DNA from: Chiloscyllium plagiosum
Taxonomy: Eukaryota
Assembly: GCF_004010195.1 (NCBI RefSeq)
Contig: NC_057719.1
Location: 63,921,196 to 63,985,195 of the forward strand
Length of the DNA stretch: 64,000 nucleotides
Direction of reading: 5' to 3'
The notes under the pieces are model-generated. The model did not search any database. It was given only the letters and a program-made list of their open reading frames with translations, and was not told the DNA's origin. Positions 61,042 to 64,000 of the stretch are shown here, one piece after another; positions within the stretch are counted from its first letter, which is position 1, and each line of letters begins with the position of its first letter. Made by a program: the position numbers and the translations under genes.

Positions 61042-61794
61042 TGTTAGCCTTCATGGTGAGAGGATTCAACGAGAGGAGCAGACCTATCTTGCTGCAGACA
61101 AACAGGGTTGTAGTGAGTCCATACCTGGAGTATTGTTTGCAGATTTGATCTCCATTATTTAAGGATGGATGCCCTGGGTTTAGGGGGAGTGCAATGAAGA
61201 TTTACTAGAGTGATTCCTGGGATGGCAGAACTGATGGATTAAGAGACTTGAATCAGGTCGGACTATGTTCGCAAGTTAAGAAGAATGAGGGGGATCTTGC
61301 AGAAGCCAATGAAATTCTAACAGGATTAGACAAAGGAAATGCAGGAAGCATGATTTTGATGACTGAGTCGTCCAGAACCAGGAACCATAGTCTAAGACTG
61401 AAATGAGGAAAAATTTCTTCCACCCACAGTGGCAAACCTATGGAATTCTTTGTCACCGAAACTGGTTAAGGCTAAAACTTTAAATGTTTTCGAGAAGTAG
61501 TTAAATATAGTTCTTGAAGCTAAAGGTAATGGTGAGAAAGTGGGAACAGAGTACGGAGTTGAATTATCAGCCATGATATTGAATGGCGAAGTAGGCTTGA
61601 AGAGCAAATTGCCTTCTGCTCCTATATTCTGTTTCTATTTAACATTGCAAAACATTGAGGGACACACATGTGGGCATGAAAACGAGGTGGTGAATTGAAT
61701 TAACTAGTGAATAAGCTCTGGACCTTCGCTTTGCTTCCATCTGATCCATGCTTCTTTTAAGTAACATCAAACCCAGCACATTTCTAACTCTCAA

Positions 61795-62066
61795 GTTCTG
61801 AAGAGTCATATTAACCTTGAAATATTAACTCTGTTTCTCTCTCCACAGATGCTATTAAGCCTTGTTTTTTTTTTGTGCACATTGTTTTTATTTCCAATAT
61901 CAGAAGCTGTTTGCCAGTTTCAGAAATTCTTCAAAAATTAACTTTCAGTTCAATCCAATTCTGTTTCCATTGATTAAAAACAGGACATAGTTGAAAATGT
62001 AGTGGGTTAGGCAATATCTGTAAAGAAAGAAGCAGTTAGCATTTCAGATTAATCTTTCATCAGAAA
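61795..62066. mobile_element. Two Penelope pLTR remnants in opposite orientation
   Basis: gttctgaagagtcat...ttaactctgtttctctctccacagatgct (plus) and ggcaatatctgtaaagaaagaagcagttagcatttcag...tttcatcagaa (minus). Confidence 0.55.
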
Positions 62067-62678
62067 AGATCTGTTTATGGCAAGTGCATCTTGTGCATTA
62101 ATAATTATTCCATTCATTTTGAAATAGCCACTGTCAAGCCTCAGCCCTTTTAACTGACGTTTTGAAGATTGCTGCTGGAAGTGAGCCTTAATGAGTGAGA
62201 TCAGAATTTGTTACCCATTCCTTTGCTCTTAAAGTCACAGTGAGCATTTGCCTTGAACCACTGCTGTCCATCTGATCTGGTACATGCACAGTGCAGTTAG
62301 CACCACATGTACTGCTGGTTCTTGTTCTTGATGTTCAGTAACTGGATTGTTTCATCTGGACATAAGAAATCTTCTATGACTTTGACATACTTTCTGTTGT
62401 TCCTGTCTCCATAATTGATCTCTAGATCCTCAAACAATCTCGTACTGTCTCATTTATTCTGCCACCTCATGTATTCAGCCCCCAACCTTTTTAAAACATT
62501 ACTCCACAGTCCCTCTCTTTGACTGGCTGTTATCTTCTCCTAACAGTCCTACAAAGCCTCCGCACATTATATTTCTTCAGTGCAATTCCCTTAACCATTG
62601 CTTTAAATCATTTTGTGCTTTTTCTAAAGTGCAGAGTTCCTGCACCGTATTCCATTTGATGTCGAACTAGTATTTATG

Positions 62679-62828
62679 AAACAAAAACGCAAAATGCTGG
62701 AGAAACTCAGCAGCTCATGGCAGTTCTAAAGCTGAGTCACTGGACTCGAACATTAACTCTGCTTTCTATCTGTTGATACTGCCAGAGCTACTGAGTTTCT
62801 CCAGGTTTCCAGCATCCACAGATCCTTT
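62679..62828. mobile_element. Fold-back Penelope pLTR remnant
   Basis: ctggagaaactcag (62697-62710) and ctgagtttctccag (62791-62804) are exact reverse complements. Confidence 0.65.
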
Positions 62829-64000
62829 TTTTTGTTTAGTATATTACAAACCTTTTTCATAATTTCTTTGCTTTTGCATTCTGTGTCTATTTTTGTAACG
62901 ATTTTTCAACCGGCCCTGGCACCTTCAATGTTTTGTCCATTTTTACCTATCACTCTGTCTTCTAATGCCCTCTTTAGAATATATCCTTTTAGCTTGTATT
63001 GTCTGACCTCACTTTTCCTACCAAGAAGCATCACTTCTCACTTCTGAGTAAAATTTCATATGGTGTCTGTCAGCTTCTATCCTCTTAATGGCTATCACTA
63101 TTCTCCTCACAGTTTGTGACCTTCCAAGTCTCAAGGCAACCACAAATTCTTAGATTCTGCCTTATGTATCCATGACTAAGTCATTAGTATATATGAGGAA
63201 CACCACAGTATACCTTTCCCCAGCCTGAAAAACAGGTAGATGGTTGAATCTGACTTGATAGTTGTAGTTGGTGCTGCCTCTGAAGATAGGAAGAAGTCTG
63301 TTCTGAGACGTATTCTTACCTTCTGCTATGACTTATTTTTATTCTTGTTTGCTTGATTATTGTATTTGACTGTTTGCGACCACCTCACACTAGTAAATAC
63401 TGTAATATATTCCATTTAATTTCACTCTTGAGATATTGTTAACTTCTTGGCATCAGTTAATCAAGGTATGATCAAGCAAAGGGCAAGTGGGATAGCAAGT
63501 TGATTAACCTGCTCCCTTTACTTTGTAAACAGAAGAAGTCTGCACTATTTGCAGTATCCTACTTACCGAGAGATCCTAATTATTATCTTTAAACTCTAAC
63601 TTTCACCTTTGCAGTCCTGGTAGATCATTGCTGTGTCGAGGCTGAACTGCATCTGACACTGACTGTGACAGGTACCAGTAGTTTCATTCACATGCTTGTT
63701 GGCTGTTGACCTGTAGGTTAAGATGCAACAGAAAGTGTCAGCAGTTGGACAAAGTGGGAATCTGAAGTCTGATGTGAGAAATATGCTGGTCCACATAGAA
63801 ATTGATGATTGCTTGATGTTAAGCCGAGTCACACTGTTGATGAGTATGTCTGTATTCTTTTTTGGTCTCATGGCTTGTGCAACCCCCCCCGTCCCACCAC
63901 CACAAATTCTTCCTTTTGCTTGTCTTAATTTTTATTTCAGGCACTTCCATCTTGGTTTTATTCATGCAGCTTGTTTTCTGCAGAAACCTATTCACTTTTC

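Larger units (their letters stand above)
52755..61640 (+). mobile_element. Long decayed CR1 LINE hosting several nested insertions
   Basis: Colinear CR1 pieces: ORF1 end/EN 52755-53511 and 53856-53929, linker/RT 58755-60445 (LMGLKSDKSPG, NYRPINLTSV), 3' part 61042-61640. Confidence 0.8.

Noticed and set aside
63615..63850. Coding exon after tttcacctttgcag
   Set aside because: Two frames stop early, the third stops near 63709, there is no strong donor and no recognisable peptide.

Overview
Eukaryotic, AT-rich, CpG-depleted vertebrate DNA. The repeats (HE1-type V-SINEs, HER1/CR1 LINEs, Deu-domain SINEs, Penelope-like elements) point to a cartilaginous fish, most likely a shark (inference). I recognise no intact host protein-coding region: every recognisable long ORF is retroelement-derived or runs through an N gap. 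The window looks like the 5' end of a large, unidentified + strand gene. It has a CpG-island promoter (core ~4.95-5.9 kb) with a non-coding first exon, followed by ~58 kb of repeat-rich intron containing a few candidate non-coding exons (33804-33881, 51976-52166) and a possible alternative start exon (~46.0 kb). Mobile content includes many CR1 fragments, one near-full-length decayed L1 (53930-58754) nested in a CR1, SINEs, TA-flanked MITEs, a probable solo LTR and many Penelope remnants carrying minimal hammerhead ribozymes. The most interesting signals are (i) 90-134 bp Penelope-derived insertions with clean 13-15 bp TSDs, two made of little more than a hammerhead-bearing terminal repeat and one a fold-back hairpin, and (ii) recurrent loss of the hammerhead catalytic G by CpG decay. 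There are two assembly gaps (26758-27567, 39638-39827). Family names come from recalled consensus features, not database searches, and the ends of old repeats are approximate.
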